From contig JABANN010000115.1 in assembly GCA_013115125.1 (NCBI GenBank), positions 1-64,000 on the forward strand: a stretch of DNA of 64,000 nt, in the 5' to 3' direction. The stretch comes from Perkinsus olseni (Eukaryota). Position numbers and translations under genes: made by a program. Of this stretch, positions 51,340 through 63,417 are shown piece after piece (the first letter of the stretch is position 1; each line of letters begins with the position of its first letter). Under the pieces are notes generated by a model. That model was not told the origin of the DNA, ran no database searches, and saw only the letters and a list, made by a program, of their open reading frames with translations.

Positions 51340-54300
51340 CACCTCCGCTGCCGGTAGACCGGCCGACGGCTGCGATTTCGCCCCCTGAGAGACAGAGAGG
51401 GTGAGCTAAATAAGATCGTCTCCATCCTTACGGTGGCGTGGTGGCCCCAGGAGCCTCCAGCGTAGGTGTACCACGACCCGCTGCTGCTGGCTTCCACCCC
51501 ATCCGGTAACCGCATGCCGTTACCAACCATACCAGGGAGTGAATATGGGCCAGGGACCCAAGAGGGATCCTGGACAAAAAGCAGGCTCCGAGGATCGAAC
51601 CCGGGACCTCGCTAGCTCACATCGAAGCCGCCCCACAGCTTGGCGAGTGTCCTAGCCTCGTACTCCGAGTCGCACCGAATCTTCCCCTCCACTGTCTCGA
51701 CGCCACCGATGCCAATGATGTTGCACTTCACCGGAATGAGCCAGTCGTTTAGGTCAGCCCGGTGCTTCGGTCGCGTGACCACCTCCTCGCAAGCTGCTAC
51801 TTCGGGCTCTCCTTTGTACTGGCGTCGAACCTGCCCTGCCAGAGTCAGGCCCACCCGATGAGGAAGACTGACCTTAAACCTCCTCCCCGAGGTATCAAAG
51901 GCGGTGATCTTGCCGTATTTATAGCTGTGGCGCGGGCGAAACTCCCGACAGGTACCAAAGCCAGCCTGAGCACCATCCAATGCTCGACCGCCGCGCCGAA
52001 TGGCAGCAGTCTATTACTTCATCAGTGGGCACGAACGAACCGCCACTCCCCTCAGAAGGAGATGGGCCGAACGCTTCCTCAGACTAACATTCGACCGTTA
52101 GGCATGGTTATCGCACTGCGGCAATTCTTACCTCTGTACTATGCTCTTCTTCTGACGAGTCGAGCAGGCCCTCTTCCTCACCCTCCTCGACCGCAGCGGT
52201 GTCGGCCTCTTGCTCATCACTACTGTGTGCTTCATCATCGAAGGAGGTCTGACCGATGGGAGCCGTGACGAAGGACCCCGACTGCGGCAGGGGCTGCTTA
52301 TGACTTTCCACCCACCTTGTAGCGGTCGACCCTATTATCCTCCGAAAAATGCCTCACCTCGGGCTCCCCGTGACCAGAGCTCTCCTACAGGACCACCATC
52401 GCTGGAAAGGCGATCGCTCGAAAGACTCACCTCATCTCCCGGAGAGAACCCCTCCCCGATTCCCGATGAGAGTCTCGCGAGATGGTGAACCTGAGGTCTT
52501 CCATACTACGGCTACAGAGCCCACGCTACGAATTCCTCGACGAATCATCGTTGGCATATAGCTGCCATGCCGGCCCCAAGAGAACCCTCACGTCCTGGCC
52601 GGTGGTTACCTCATCTGCGTCCTCAAAACTCGGCAGGTCCTCTGGGACACCGTCCTCCTCCTCATCCTCTTGATCGCCGCTATCGCTGTTATAGCCTCGC
52701 AGCGAGGAAGCCTCAGGCTCGGTAGCAGCTACCTCGGGCGCCTGATTGAGAAGAAACATGAGAGCCCCCTCGAGACCTCCGCAGGACGACCAGACGCTCA
52801 TTGCGCCAGCAACTGGCAACAATCACAACGGACCGCAATGACCGGGGAATGGCTGGCGACCCATCGGCAATTGACGAAAAAAGGCGATCGAAGTTGGAGC
52901 CGACATCAAAGCTCCACCAGGCAGGACAACCTCGGCAGCGGCAGCACGAACCAGTCTACCTCGTCGTCGTAACGCGGACTCTCTCCTAAAGAATCTTCCA
53001 GCTCATCTTCGTCACTATCCAGGGCTCGTTCGCCATGGCCATCCTCCTCGGAATTGACCAGCCCGTCAGCGGCAGGGAAGGTCGGTGGCAGCGGCGCCTG
53101 ATGAGCCGTATAGTCGACAACCATGACTGTCGCCTTCCCCAAGGTGGCTCACCTCAGGATACTTCTCCGAAGTGCTTCGCTGAGCCGAAGCCGATGAGGG
53201 CTGGTCGATAGAGTCACCCTCATCACCCTTTGGCGGAGGAGTGTCCTCGAAGCCCTCAACGCTCGGTCCCTGGCAGAACGGGCTATAATTGAGCGCACGT
53301 TTCCTCCAGTGAGCCCGCATGGCAAGTAAGTGGATCGATACGATAACGAGACGCTCCGGGAGGGGTACTCACACTGCGACCTACTGTACCTCTTCCGAAG
53401 AATCCTCAACAGTATTGGACTCATCCTTCGGCTCCTCTGTACCCTCCTCCTCGTCGTCGTCGTCGCCACCTTCAGTTTCCTCCTCATCCCCCTCCGAGTA
53501 GCCCTCAGTCGCACCGCCTTCACGGTTATCCTCAGAAGTCTGGTTCTTCGAGCCCTCCCCAGCGGCATCCTCATCACCAACCGTATCGTCCTCATCGCCG
53601 CTGCTACTCTCATCAGGAGTATCGTCGGTCGCCTTAATGCTCGTTGGTTCACCCTGCCCATCGGCAGCAGGCTTACTCTCTGAGTCCTCGCCAGTCCCTT
53701 CCTCCTTCCCTGCACCACTAACATCATCCTCGCTCCCCTCGGGCGTCACCACATCTTCGCTATCGCCCGACTCGGTGCTCCCCTCGTCTGGGGTATCGTC
53801 GATCGCCTCAACACCCGCTGGCTCATCCTGCTCATTGTCAGCCATGCTAGTCCCTTCTTTCTCCCTCTCACTTTCGCTGCCATTCTCGTTCCCCTCAGGT
53901 GTCACCTCGCCTTTAGACTCGGTACTCCCCTCGTCGAGCAGCCCACCCGACTCCAGGACTTTCGTTTCGGGAGCTTCATCCGCCACCGCCTCGGACCCGG
54001 AAGTGGAAGCTTCACCGCTGCTGCCATCCGCCGAAGGACCCAGAGCGCTGGTAGCACTGCTATCCTCAGTATTACCCGTCTCCGACTCCAGCCTCGGCGG
54101 AGCGATGCTGCCCCCTGCTGAGCTATCATTACTCGCTCGATAGCTCGACTCGAGTGCAGCACCAGTCCTTCCCTTCTTCAAGGCCTTCACGCTTCCCACT
54201 GCGAAAGGCGCTCCCCAACTCTCAGCGAAGTAAACTGCATCGCCCTGCGCATCAAAGTGCAGGACGAACAGAAACTTTTTCTTCGGCTCCTCTGGCCTCG

Positions 54301-54562
54301 CGCACTTAGCGTCTATGAAAGTCCCCCACGGCTTAGAGACAATATCGTCGCAGTAGAAGGTCTCCTGCAGGTCCCAAAGGTTGGCCTTCTGCTCCACGAG
54401 CTTCAACAACCGCACGCCGGCCTTTTCGTCCCGGTAAGCGTGCGTCGCAACGAACTTGTCCCCATCTGAACCGACCCGGACGTACTTCACTGGGCCCGCG
54501 TAGTTTACCTGAGATGATTGGAGGAGATTGCCTTTCCCCGAAAATTGCGCTGTAACGAACAA
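51340..54562 (-). CDS. Protein with N- and C-terminal Cys/WG domains and an acidic linker (ends approximate; may join the adjacent gene)
   Basis: ORF 53381-54562 (FYCDDI...KC...HFDAQGDAVYFAESWG, then E/D/G/S-rich) and ORF 51612-51980 (IRCDSEYEARTLAKLWGG). Confidence 0.65.
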
Positions 54563-54805
54563 AATGCAGCATGCAAAATTGAGGCCACTATGCCATCACT
54601 ATGTATAGTGATGAATTTTGATATACATCAACAATTGCAGAGCGATAGGACACTACATTATCCATACAATATCGACCGCCGTTCTCGCGCCACGTGGCAT
54701 AGTGGTCTCACTTTTGTGGATTGCATTTTTTCGTTACAGACTGTATAGCAGTAGTACAACACAGAATATTGCAACTCCCACAGTACAGGGAAGAGTCGTT
54801 CAACT

Positions 54806-56320
54806 CTACGGTAGTGCGCAAGTCAATTCACCAAGAGTATGAGAAGGGAAACCTTGACCAATAGAAGCCATATAAAACCCACCACACCCTACCACTCCAT
54901 CAGCTTCGACAACTTTCGACCTCGTCCTGTTCAGTACCGCCTCCCAATCCTCGCGGACTTGCTGATCATCCGGTATCTCCTTGGTCAGTTCCACCGGCGT
55001 CTTATGCCGATGAACATTCCCCCAGAGCTCCGCGAACTCCACCGCGTCTTCATGCGTCGGAAAGTGGAAGTACACCGAGCGCTTGTCAGCTGCTTTCCCG
55101 CCAGGCTTGGTACATATCGTGGCAGCAATCGTCGAACCTTCCGGTGGCCTTCGTTGCACCATACTGCAGTAGTAGGGCCGGAGAATCTTCTTCGTAAAGG
55201 AGCTCCTTATCTTCACTCGCATCGCTCGACTGGCTCCCCGCTTGAAGGCAGTGAGAACCTCCCACTTCATCGGGTCATCACCGATGTGAGCGTACAACAC
55301 TTTAGTCGCCAGATTCGGCGGGTCCAACTTAGCTCGTACCTGAGCAAGCGAAGACCGCATAATACAGCTTCTACAAGCTATGCATGGGGAATACAGTACA
55401 GATCCATCTAAAAATCGACGTGGCGATACCACATCTTACCCCACTCGTCAAGCTGAGAAGGGCCATCACGAGGGCCCGCAGGCCAGGTGACGTCAGCATT
55501 CACAGGGCCGACCAAATTAGACAAAACAACTTCGCAAGGACAGACGAGTCAGTGGCCGAGGCCGAGCGGCATCCCACTGCATTCGGCCGAGGCTCCGGCG
55601 CGGGTCGAGAAGAACTCCTGGTGATTGACGAACGCCACAGCAACAGATGGAGACATCACACAAGGGACAGCGCGAACACCGTGCATAACATTAACGCACG
55701 CTACCACTTGAACGTGTAAGAGGCCTGCTCGGTAATGCCACAGAGAGCTTTGTGGACGGGCCGCTATGAGAGGCCGAGCCTGGGTTACACCAGACACTCC
55801 TTAGCGGAAAATCCCCCCTGGGAGTTGCCAGAGTCTTCCAGCGCACCGTCGGCTTTTACCACTCAACGCCGACCTTCGGGCGCGCCGCCGGTAGCGCTGA
55901 AACCTGAGACATAGCGAGACTGAGTAACGGCAATGGCAGCAGTCTGAGACTCACCTCCTCGGAAACATCTCTTTTCGAATAAGGCAGGACCAGCTTAGGA
56001 GGAGCCGAACTTCCCGCCGGTAGAGGCCCTCCCCACTTTCCTTCAAATTTGTGCGCATCCTCTACGGTCTCAAAGTGGAAGGTCAGTGTAACCGCATCCC
56101 GGGCAGCCCATCCCTCCGGTATGCACCGGGCCGTGACCAGCCCGCCCACCTCAAGGCTAACGTCAACACAGGTGTAATCTTCCCTTACGTCCCACAGCCA
56201 AGGACGGTGTCTCACCAGCCGAGCTATCCGCGTGTTTGCTAAGCGGTATGCTCGGGTGAGGATAAAGATATCTTTTGAAGCTCAAATTGTCACGTACTTG
56301 ACGGTTGAACCGAGATTAAT
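54806..56320 (-). CDS. One gene with two Cys/WG domains, or two paralogues; in-frame TGA at 56282-56284
   Basis: YTCVDV...RC...FHFETVEDAHKFEGKWGG and YYCSMV...IC...FHFPTHEDAVEFAELWG align with the domain at 54200-54510. Confidence 0.6.
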
Positions 56321-57408
56321 CTGAAATGGTTTTTGGTGAAACCACAGTCCCGAAAATTGATTCAATACCAGAATTTCCGTAACTCAATGGGAACCGACAA
56401 GTACCACGAAATCTTACAACGCATAGCGAATGCCAGATCCAGAGCAGCGAGTCATGGTGCTCTGCTGCAGTTGGAGGAGTCGCCTCACGCCACTGGTCAG
56501 CATATTACAGAGATGAGAGAGCAAGCCGACGGAGCGATGCGAAACAGACGCATCTCACCTCATCATTGGCCTCAGCAAATTTGACCCTATTTTCCTCGAG
56601 GAGCTCCTCCCAGTTTTTCCGCTTTTGCCTCCCTACCGCGTCGACTGGCACGTCAGTTGCCAACGCCCAAGGAGTGTGGAAATTGCGGTAATCACCCCAG
56701 ACATTTTGCGAAGGTCATCTCCTCCACGTGGTTAATAAAATAGAACAAAATAGAACCCTAGCGTGCTCTTCAACAGCAAGCCTTGGTCGGGCGAACTGCA
56801 TGCTGCTTCAACCACGGTCTCTTCGGGGACCGGGGCTGCCAGGACCTCCTTCAGGGGCCTCCTTCGGACCTCCTTCGTGCTCTTCAGGGGCGCAGGAGAG
56901 AGTGAGCCTCTCAGCCGATGCTGAGGCGTGCCTCGTGCTCCATCTCGTCAACACGACAAAGCGGCTCTGCAGACGCCGGAGGAGCCCAGTCGGGCGAATA
57001 GCGCTTCGCTGCCAAGGTTGGGGGGGCTCCAATGGGAGACGCTCCGGACTGCCAGGCCGAGACGAGGCCGAGGACCTTCCCAGGGCCCCTCCGGACTGAG
57101 CCGCCACCATCAGCCACCACGATGATGTTTAGCATGCCCAAAAGCGAAAGTGGCCCGGCAACAGCGTCGAGAACTACAGGGTGCGTCTCTCAAATTTCAG
57201 GAGCGCTCCCAGAATGAAACTTAACGAGTAGAAGACGACCCTGCGAGCGCTCCTGAAGCTCAGGACAGGCCTATTGAACACCCGGGCATCTTCGCACTGT
57301 GATTGACAGTAACGCAAGGACCTGCGTGTACTCGAACATCGTCTTGAACATGCATGGAGACACATAAAATATTGTAATGGTAGTAAACTTCTAATGCCAT
57401 GCTCGTTT

Positions 57409-58548
57409 CTATTCCTGCGCACTGAAGACGCTGCCGTAGACCGTGAAGCGGTCGCCCACGCCAAAGACGTCGGCGGCCTTCTTTCGTGTCTTGTAGGGCT
57501 CCCGGCTGACCAAGCGTGGTACGATCTCTGCCGCCGCCGCCGCCCGATCGATAGATTGTGGTGATGCCGGAGGCGAGGCTGCAAAGAGCTCCGGATGCGG
57601 CTTCGAGTGGATCCAAATGACGACCATCAGCTGGGCGCCGTTCAAGAACACACCAACGAGGTTGGGGATCAGGTACGGCAAGGAGTGCATGAGGATGCTG
57701 CACTGCGCCCAAAGGCAACAGGATATGAAGCCCGCCACCGTCAATGCTGTAGGGTATCCCTCCAACGACTTCGACCGGACCACCGTGACGATCTGGGGCG
57801 TCGGAGCTGCACAGAGGATGATACTGAGAGTCGTGGCACTGTAAGCGAAAACCTGGACCTTGAGCTTGGTGTCAGAAAGGCTGGTGTTGCAGATGAGAGC
57901 ACCAACAACCACTGCCATCACCGACAGCAGCGTAGCGGCTTTGCTCACAACATGGCCGTCGTAGGAGGCGAAAACGGCGACGTAAAAAGCCGAGATGAAC
58001 ACCGTTAGGAGGTTGATGTGGACGATATCCCAGTGGGCCGTCAGGTAGCCGTACCACACCCACAAGTACGCCTGAGAAAGTCGACAAAAATATCGCAAAA
58101 ACCCGGGGGCATTGCCGACCTGCGTGAACAGGGTCGAGTAGGGCAACGCGGATCCCTTCGCTCGCTTAGCTCGGAGCATCTCTATGAAGTCTGGCAGAGG
58201 AGATAGCACCGATAGCGCTGAAAGCGCCATGGCCATGTACCTGTATATTCGACCAAGCAGCGGAAGCACAGCAGAGCAGCATTCTCACGTCAGAGTTCGT
58301 AGCCAGTCTAGACCGCCCAAGTCGTCATGGTGATGGTAATGATGCTGCTGCTGGGCTCCGAGAGCAGCAAGGTCGGCGGGCTGATGGTGATGATGAGTGG
58401 CAGAAGCCTGACGACACTCACGGACTGCGTTGTGGGTACAGAGGGAGAGGCTTACCGTGTCACCGCTATTGAAGAGGCTCAACAGCAGCTGGCGCCCAGG
58501 GTCGTAGTATCTACTTTCCACTACTGCACAATCTAAGTTTCTTTTCAT
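57409..58548 (-). CDS. SWEET: SWEET/MtN3-saliva family sugar transporter (start approximate)
   Basis: LSPLPDF...SALPY...LWVWYGYL; second repeat APTPQIVTVVRSKSLEGYP...YLIPNLVG; about 7 TM segments. Confidence 0.9.
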
Positions 58549-58590
58549 AGACTTAATATATACATATATACATTGATGCATATCATACTA

Positions 58591-58630
58591 AAATTTTCAG
58601 GAAATTTTCAGAAATTTTCAGAAATTTTTG
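58591..58630. repeat. Short tandem repeat (GAAATTTTCA) x about 4
   Basis: aaattttcag gaaattttca gaaattttca gaaatttttg. Confidence 0.85.
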
Positions 58631-61600
58631 GGATTTTGTCTGAGCCAGAAAATTTATTCCAGACTCTTACACGCAGTAGGCGCTGAGATGTACTGGCATC
58701 AGTGATTTGCATATCAAGTTGGAACAGGTTGTATGCTTACCGTGGACCCTCAGCCATGATGCTTGTCACTCTTTTCCGCGAACGAGGAGGCCGATCCCGA
58801 AAAAGGAAATGAACTGCAATGGCAGTCCCCCCCCGGTGATTGACAAGCCCAAGCCATCAGTCTGTACACATGAAACTCCATGGTGTTACTGTCCATCCGC
58901 GACTTTGTCACGCGCCACGAAATTACAAAAGTACTAATAATGGAGGCGCTCACAGCAGGAGAAGGATGATGGCAACAGCCGCACAGTCACCGACTTGCAC
59001 AACAGAGCAAGACGGGCCGATGGTTACTTTATAGTGAAAAAACGCTAACACCTATATACTGAGGAGTAGCATACCTTTTCGAAAACAACTGTGGGCGTAG
59101 CGATAAGAGACGACACGAGAAAGAAAACTTATTCTCATCAATAGGGACGAGCCTCAGCGTCTTCTGGTGATATCATACTTGCATATTGGGCAGCGATGAT
59201 TCACTCGAAGCCAATGGTCGATGCTGAAGAGGAACTAGGAATAGTAACGTATCTTTCTCACTCATCATGGCTCATGGTCAAGCTAAGATATGTAGCAGTA
59301 GTTGCACACGCACGCGCAAGATGACACAAGAAGTCCAGCCGCAGTCCCAGTAGCAGCAGCAGGCTACCATTTAGTGTGGAAGGTGTGGAGACACGGCAGA
59401 CCCTTGACGAGGTCTCCACTCCTGAGCTCATCCATGCATATTGAGCATTTCACGCCACCGATGTCGCTGTAGTATCTGAAAACCCGCTACTGAGATACAG
59501 AAGTACGATAACTCCCTTGAAGTGCCGCGAGATTTGACGGCATATTTCCTAGAGAATTCAGTGCCTCGATCTCAGCTGATAGGCTTCTATCCACACGAGA
59601 CGCTTGAGAGTATCTTAGGTTCAAGGTTGACCTATTCCGTAAGGTTGCATTGCGGCAAGATACGCCAACCTATCCCCACCCCACATAACTGCTCTGACCC
59701 AGTCAGGAACAGCGCTCCAATATAAAACCACGCGCGAACGACGAGAAGATACCAAAAATTCCGCAAATCACCTGTGGCTAACAATAGCATCTATTCTGTA
59801 GTTATCAAGTCCCTTCTTGGAGCTCCTGTCCGTATCAGCCTCCAGAATCTCAATCAGTGATTTCAAGCCGGCGGTCAGCTGCACGCCGGAGGCTTCGAAG
59901 GGCACAGAACTCTCTGGCACTCGGCCAGTCGTCGGTGCACCAACCTCGCTACCCTCGCTCCTTTTGTCTCCAGTACCTGTCGTAACCACTGGCGACGGCA
60001 GCACGCTCCGAGAAAGGGCGTTGAATCCCCCTACACCATATGTCAGCAACAAGCTCCTCACTATTATCGTCGTTCTTCCGACCCCTCAGACGATACTGCA
60101 TGAATGTCCCACACAGACGGCAGCCACAAGCATCTGCGGGAGGAAACATGATCGCCGGTGACCTCGAGCGTAGAAAATATACCGGCCAATGCCTCTTCCC
60201 CTTCTATCTTGATACTATCCCTTCTGTTAGCCTGCTCGCTTACAGCGCCTCCCTTGTGCACTACTTCTACGACGAAGGTCCCTCAACCTAGTTGGCTGCG
60301 TACCTTACCTCCACCTGCGGACGACGCGAGCAGGTCGCCGCTCCTTACTCCCTTCACTGAGCTTCCTGAAAACTGATCCACGGAGGGTAACTTATGTTGA
60401 CCGGCGGGAGACATACTTGATTGCTCTTCCAAGCATCCCTTCTATCACGATAGCCACCATAAGCAGCCAGCAGCTGCTTCACTCCCCCTCCACGAAGGCT
60501 CGATCGAATACTCGAAGCCCTCCCCTGGGGAAAACCACCTATCCATACCACACCACGCTGAACTCTCATTCAAATAAGTGTAACGGTATTCCCTTAATTG
60601 CCCATCATCGTTCTCTCCTTAGCGGAGCGATGCCCCATCACCCCTGCACGTACCGAAGATGCCCCGCTCTTGGTCATAGCAATGCTAGGAGACACTATAC
60701 TTGAGGATGATGACGAGAAGCTTCCCAGACTGCCCCGCCCCCTGCTGACCGCATCGGAGGGAGTTCTGTCGAAAAAGCCGGCCTGAAAGGCTGATAATCT
60801 TCCAGTCTAACAACAAAGGGGCCATTACGGTTCTGCCATGCTTGCTGAAGTACGGCGTCGAGTACACCCCCGAGCTCAGGGACGAACGTGACCGGGATCG
60901 ACCGAAGCGATCAAGGTCGGGAGACCGAGAGCTTTGCTGAGTTGCAGGGGGCGTATCCAACGTCGAAGGGCGCCTTTCCTACACCCACCGTCCATTCCGC
61001 AGAATACCCTGTTTCCTCCCGGCGCGTCGATGGGTAGACTAAAAAGACCCCCCGTTCCCCTATACCACTTAAAGGTCTACACAGACCCTCATTAGCCTCT
61101 GCATGCCGACGTTGCTGCACCATCCACATGTAGTTTGGCGAGTGGACCTTCGACCCCCTCTCCTGATCGTCAAGGGCTGCCCGACACCCGAGGGCGGATC
61201 AAGTCTCACCAGATTCGCGGACAGACCAAATTCGTCCAGAAGGGAGGTGTCCTGAACACGGCCATTGCCCTAAAATGCAGTACCGCGTCTAAGCCTTACC
61301 ATGATTCTCTTGTACTTGTTACTACTACTACTACTGCCACCACCGACGAGAGTCCTTCCTGAGAGAGAACTAACGGAGCCTCCCCCCGGCCCTCAACTAC
61401 CCTCCTTCTCATCAGACAGACGACCGAGGTCCTGCTGTGACATTCTATGGGTGAAAACACTGCAGCTGGTCTTCACCGCGGTTCTCAACGCCCTCAGGCC
61501 CCACACGATGGAGGGCAACCCTCCTTGCTGTCAAAAACAGCGCTTCGACGCGTCTTGTACTGCTCAGATGCAAACGACTTCTCCTGGCGAGAATGAGGCG

Positions 61601-62584
61601 GTTGGAGCGAGGATACGATGGGCCTTTACGGTGATCTTGAAGCGGGGGTTGAGACGAAGGAAATGTCCCCGATGCTATTCCCAGCGGAATCGTCAGCCGC
61701 GCTCGAGCAATCTTGCTCACTTACCATTCCTCAACGCTAGACTCGCCGTTCTGCGCGCGCGTTGTGGTGAGGCTCTGATACAGTGTCTTCGTTAGTGCTG
61801 TAAAGTCGAAGGGGCAGCTCAGCATACGGAGGGTAGAAAGCGCTAGTTGGACCGCTTATATTTTTCCCACTACTCTTGTGGCAGTGTAGGGCGTTCACCT
61901 CCCCCAAAGGCGAGAAAAATGGGATACCTTTCTCGTAGAAAAGATCTACATCGTTGGTGGAAATGTGGTACTCAGCATTGGAAGGGCGGGCAAGGCTGCC
62001 ATTGACAATCCTGCGTGCCTGCTGGTGACCCATGCCAGGTTTCGTTGATGTATCACCACGGATCGGAGGTAGAGGGCAGCCCCTCCAATGGAGGGCCTCC
62101 ATCGCTCTCAGATGACCCTCTCGGTTGTCTCGCTTATGTCGACCCGCGTGGTCGGAATACGCCAATAGTGTCACACTAGCAACAGCGTCTATAAGAGTTC
62201 TAGTGCCGCAGAGTCACCACCCATGTTAGTTTTATTCCTTCTATTATGACATCCTCCTCTTCCCCGCAGGACGATGACGAAGGGAAGTCCTGCATGCCCG
62301 TTCCTGGCTTCTGGAATTCCCTTACCGACTGGCTTGGTGGCATGTGCGTTGAACACCGAGAGGTACAATTTCGTGGCGCGTGACGGGTTCTCGGTGGTCA
62401 GGAGTAATTTTGGCATACTAGACAGTCTTCAAAGCCGTTTCACGACGGAAATAGTAACGTCGTGAGGTTTGGTTATGACGATAAATCTGGTCTCGCTCAA
62501 GACGCGGTGGATGTAGCAAATTTGACTGCCATCATATCCGCCGTTTAATTATGATCTGGGCGAAGTTTGGTAGTGTGCGAGGTG

Positions 62585-63191
62585 ATGATGGACTTGAGTA
62601 ATGGGCCATTCCTGAAGGCTCTATCGTGGCGGATGGTAGTACTAGAGTGAGGCGACTGAAAGTGTGGCTTTGACGATCATCTTGGTTGGGTCAAAAAAAT
62701 TCCATCACCTACGACCATTCAGGTCGGAGTGGAGAACCGTTACTACTTCGACGAGAGCAGCAAAACCTGGGAATTACGTGGTGGCGAGACTGAGGAGGAC
62801 CGACAGGCCAATCTTGCCATACAGACGGGCGCCCAAGGTAGGCTGCATCTGATTTTTCTGGTCATCCTTTCTCTCCGTCCCATCTTGTGTTCCCTCTGTG
62901 ATTTTTTACTCAGGTGAGCTCCCTGGAGAGCGGCCTGCCTGGCGTACTGGAGCCCCAATGGCTGACGAGAAGGACTTAGCTCCCCCGCCTACCGACATTC
63001 CCGTTTGCACGCGGCAATACAATCAGACGCCCTCTAAGAAGTTACCTTCTGACGAGTTCCTCGAGCATCCGGTGTATGCTCCCAAATCCTTCGCGGTGCG
63101 GGAGGATCTCACGGATCCGCGACCAGTTCATGACCTGCCTCCCCAGCCAAAGCCAAACGTTTACTCTAACCCGTTCGGAGCCGCCTCGTAG
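62585..63191 (+). CDS. Small Pro-rich protein with a Sec16 C-terminal-like motif (upstream exons possible)
   Basis: Three GT-AG linked exons: ...VGVENRYYFDESSKTWELRG...DLAPPPTD...YSNPFGAAS*. Confidence 0.55.
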
Positions 63192-63417
63192 CCGTTGTCT
63201 CATAGTCTTAGGAGATCTCCTCTCCTTCTCTTCCGCCAACAATAGATTTTGTATTCAACTGGTATCGTTCTACAGTGTATACAATTTACGCTCCACCCTC
63301 GATGTTTTGTTCCTAGTGCAACCGAGACGTCCGCTTCTGGTCGAGAGACGTCTCGAGATGGATATCATTCTTATGGAGTCCGTCTATCGTTTTGGGCGGA
63401 AATGGAGTGGGAGCGAC

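Noticed and set aside
19571-56284. TGA recoding (Sec/Trp/readthrough) suggested by two in-frame TGAs
   Set aside because: TGA is the normal stop of cox2a, PIGP, AP4M1, NOP2 and MPP6 here. One TGA aligns to Gly and the other gene also has a frameshift, so nonsense mutation or error is simpler.
59700-62450. Possible minus-strand gene or retroelement remnant
   Set aside because: No gag, RT, integrase or transposase motifs, no LTR/TIR, and the exon chain is not resolvable.
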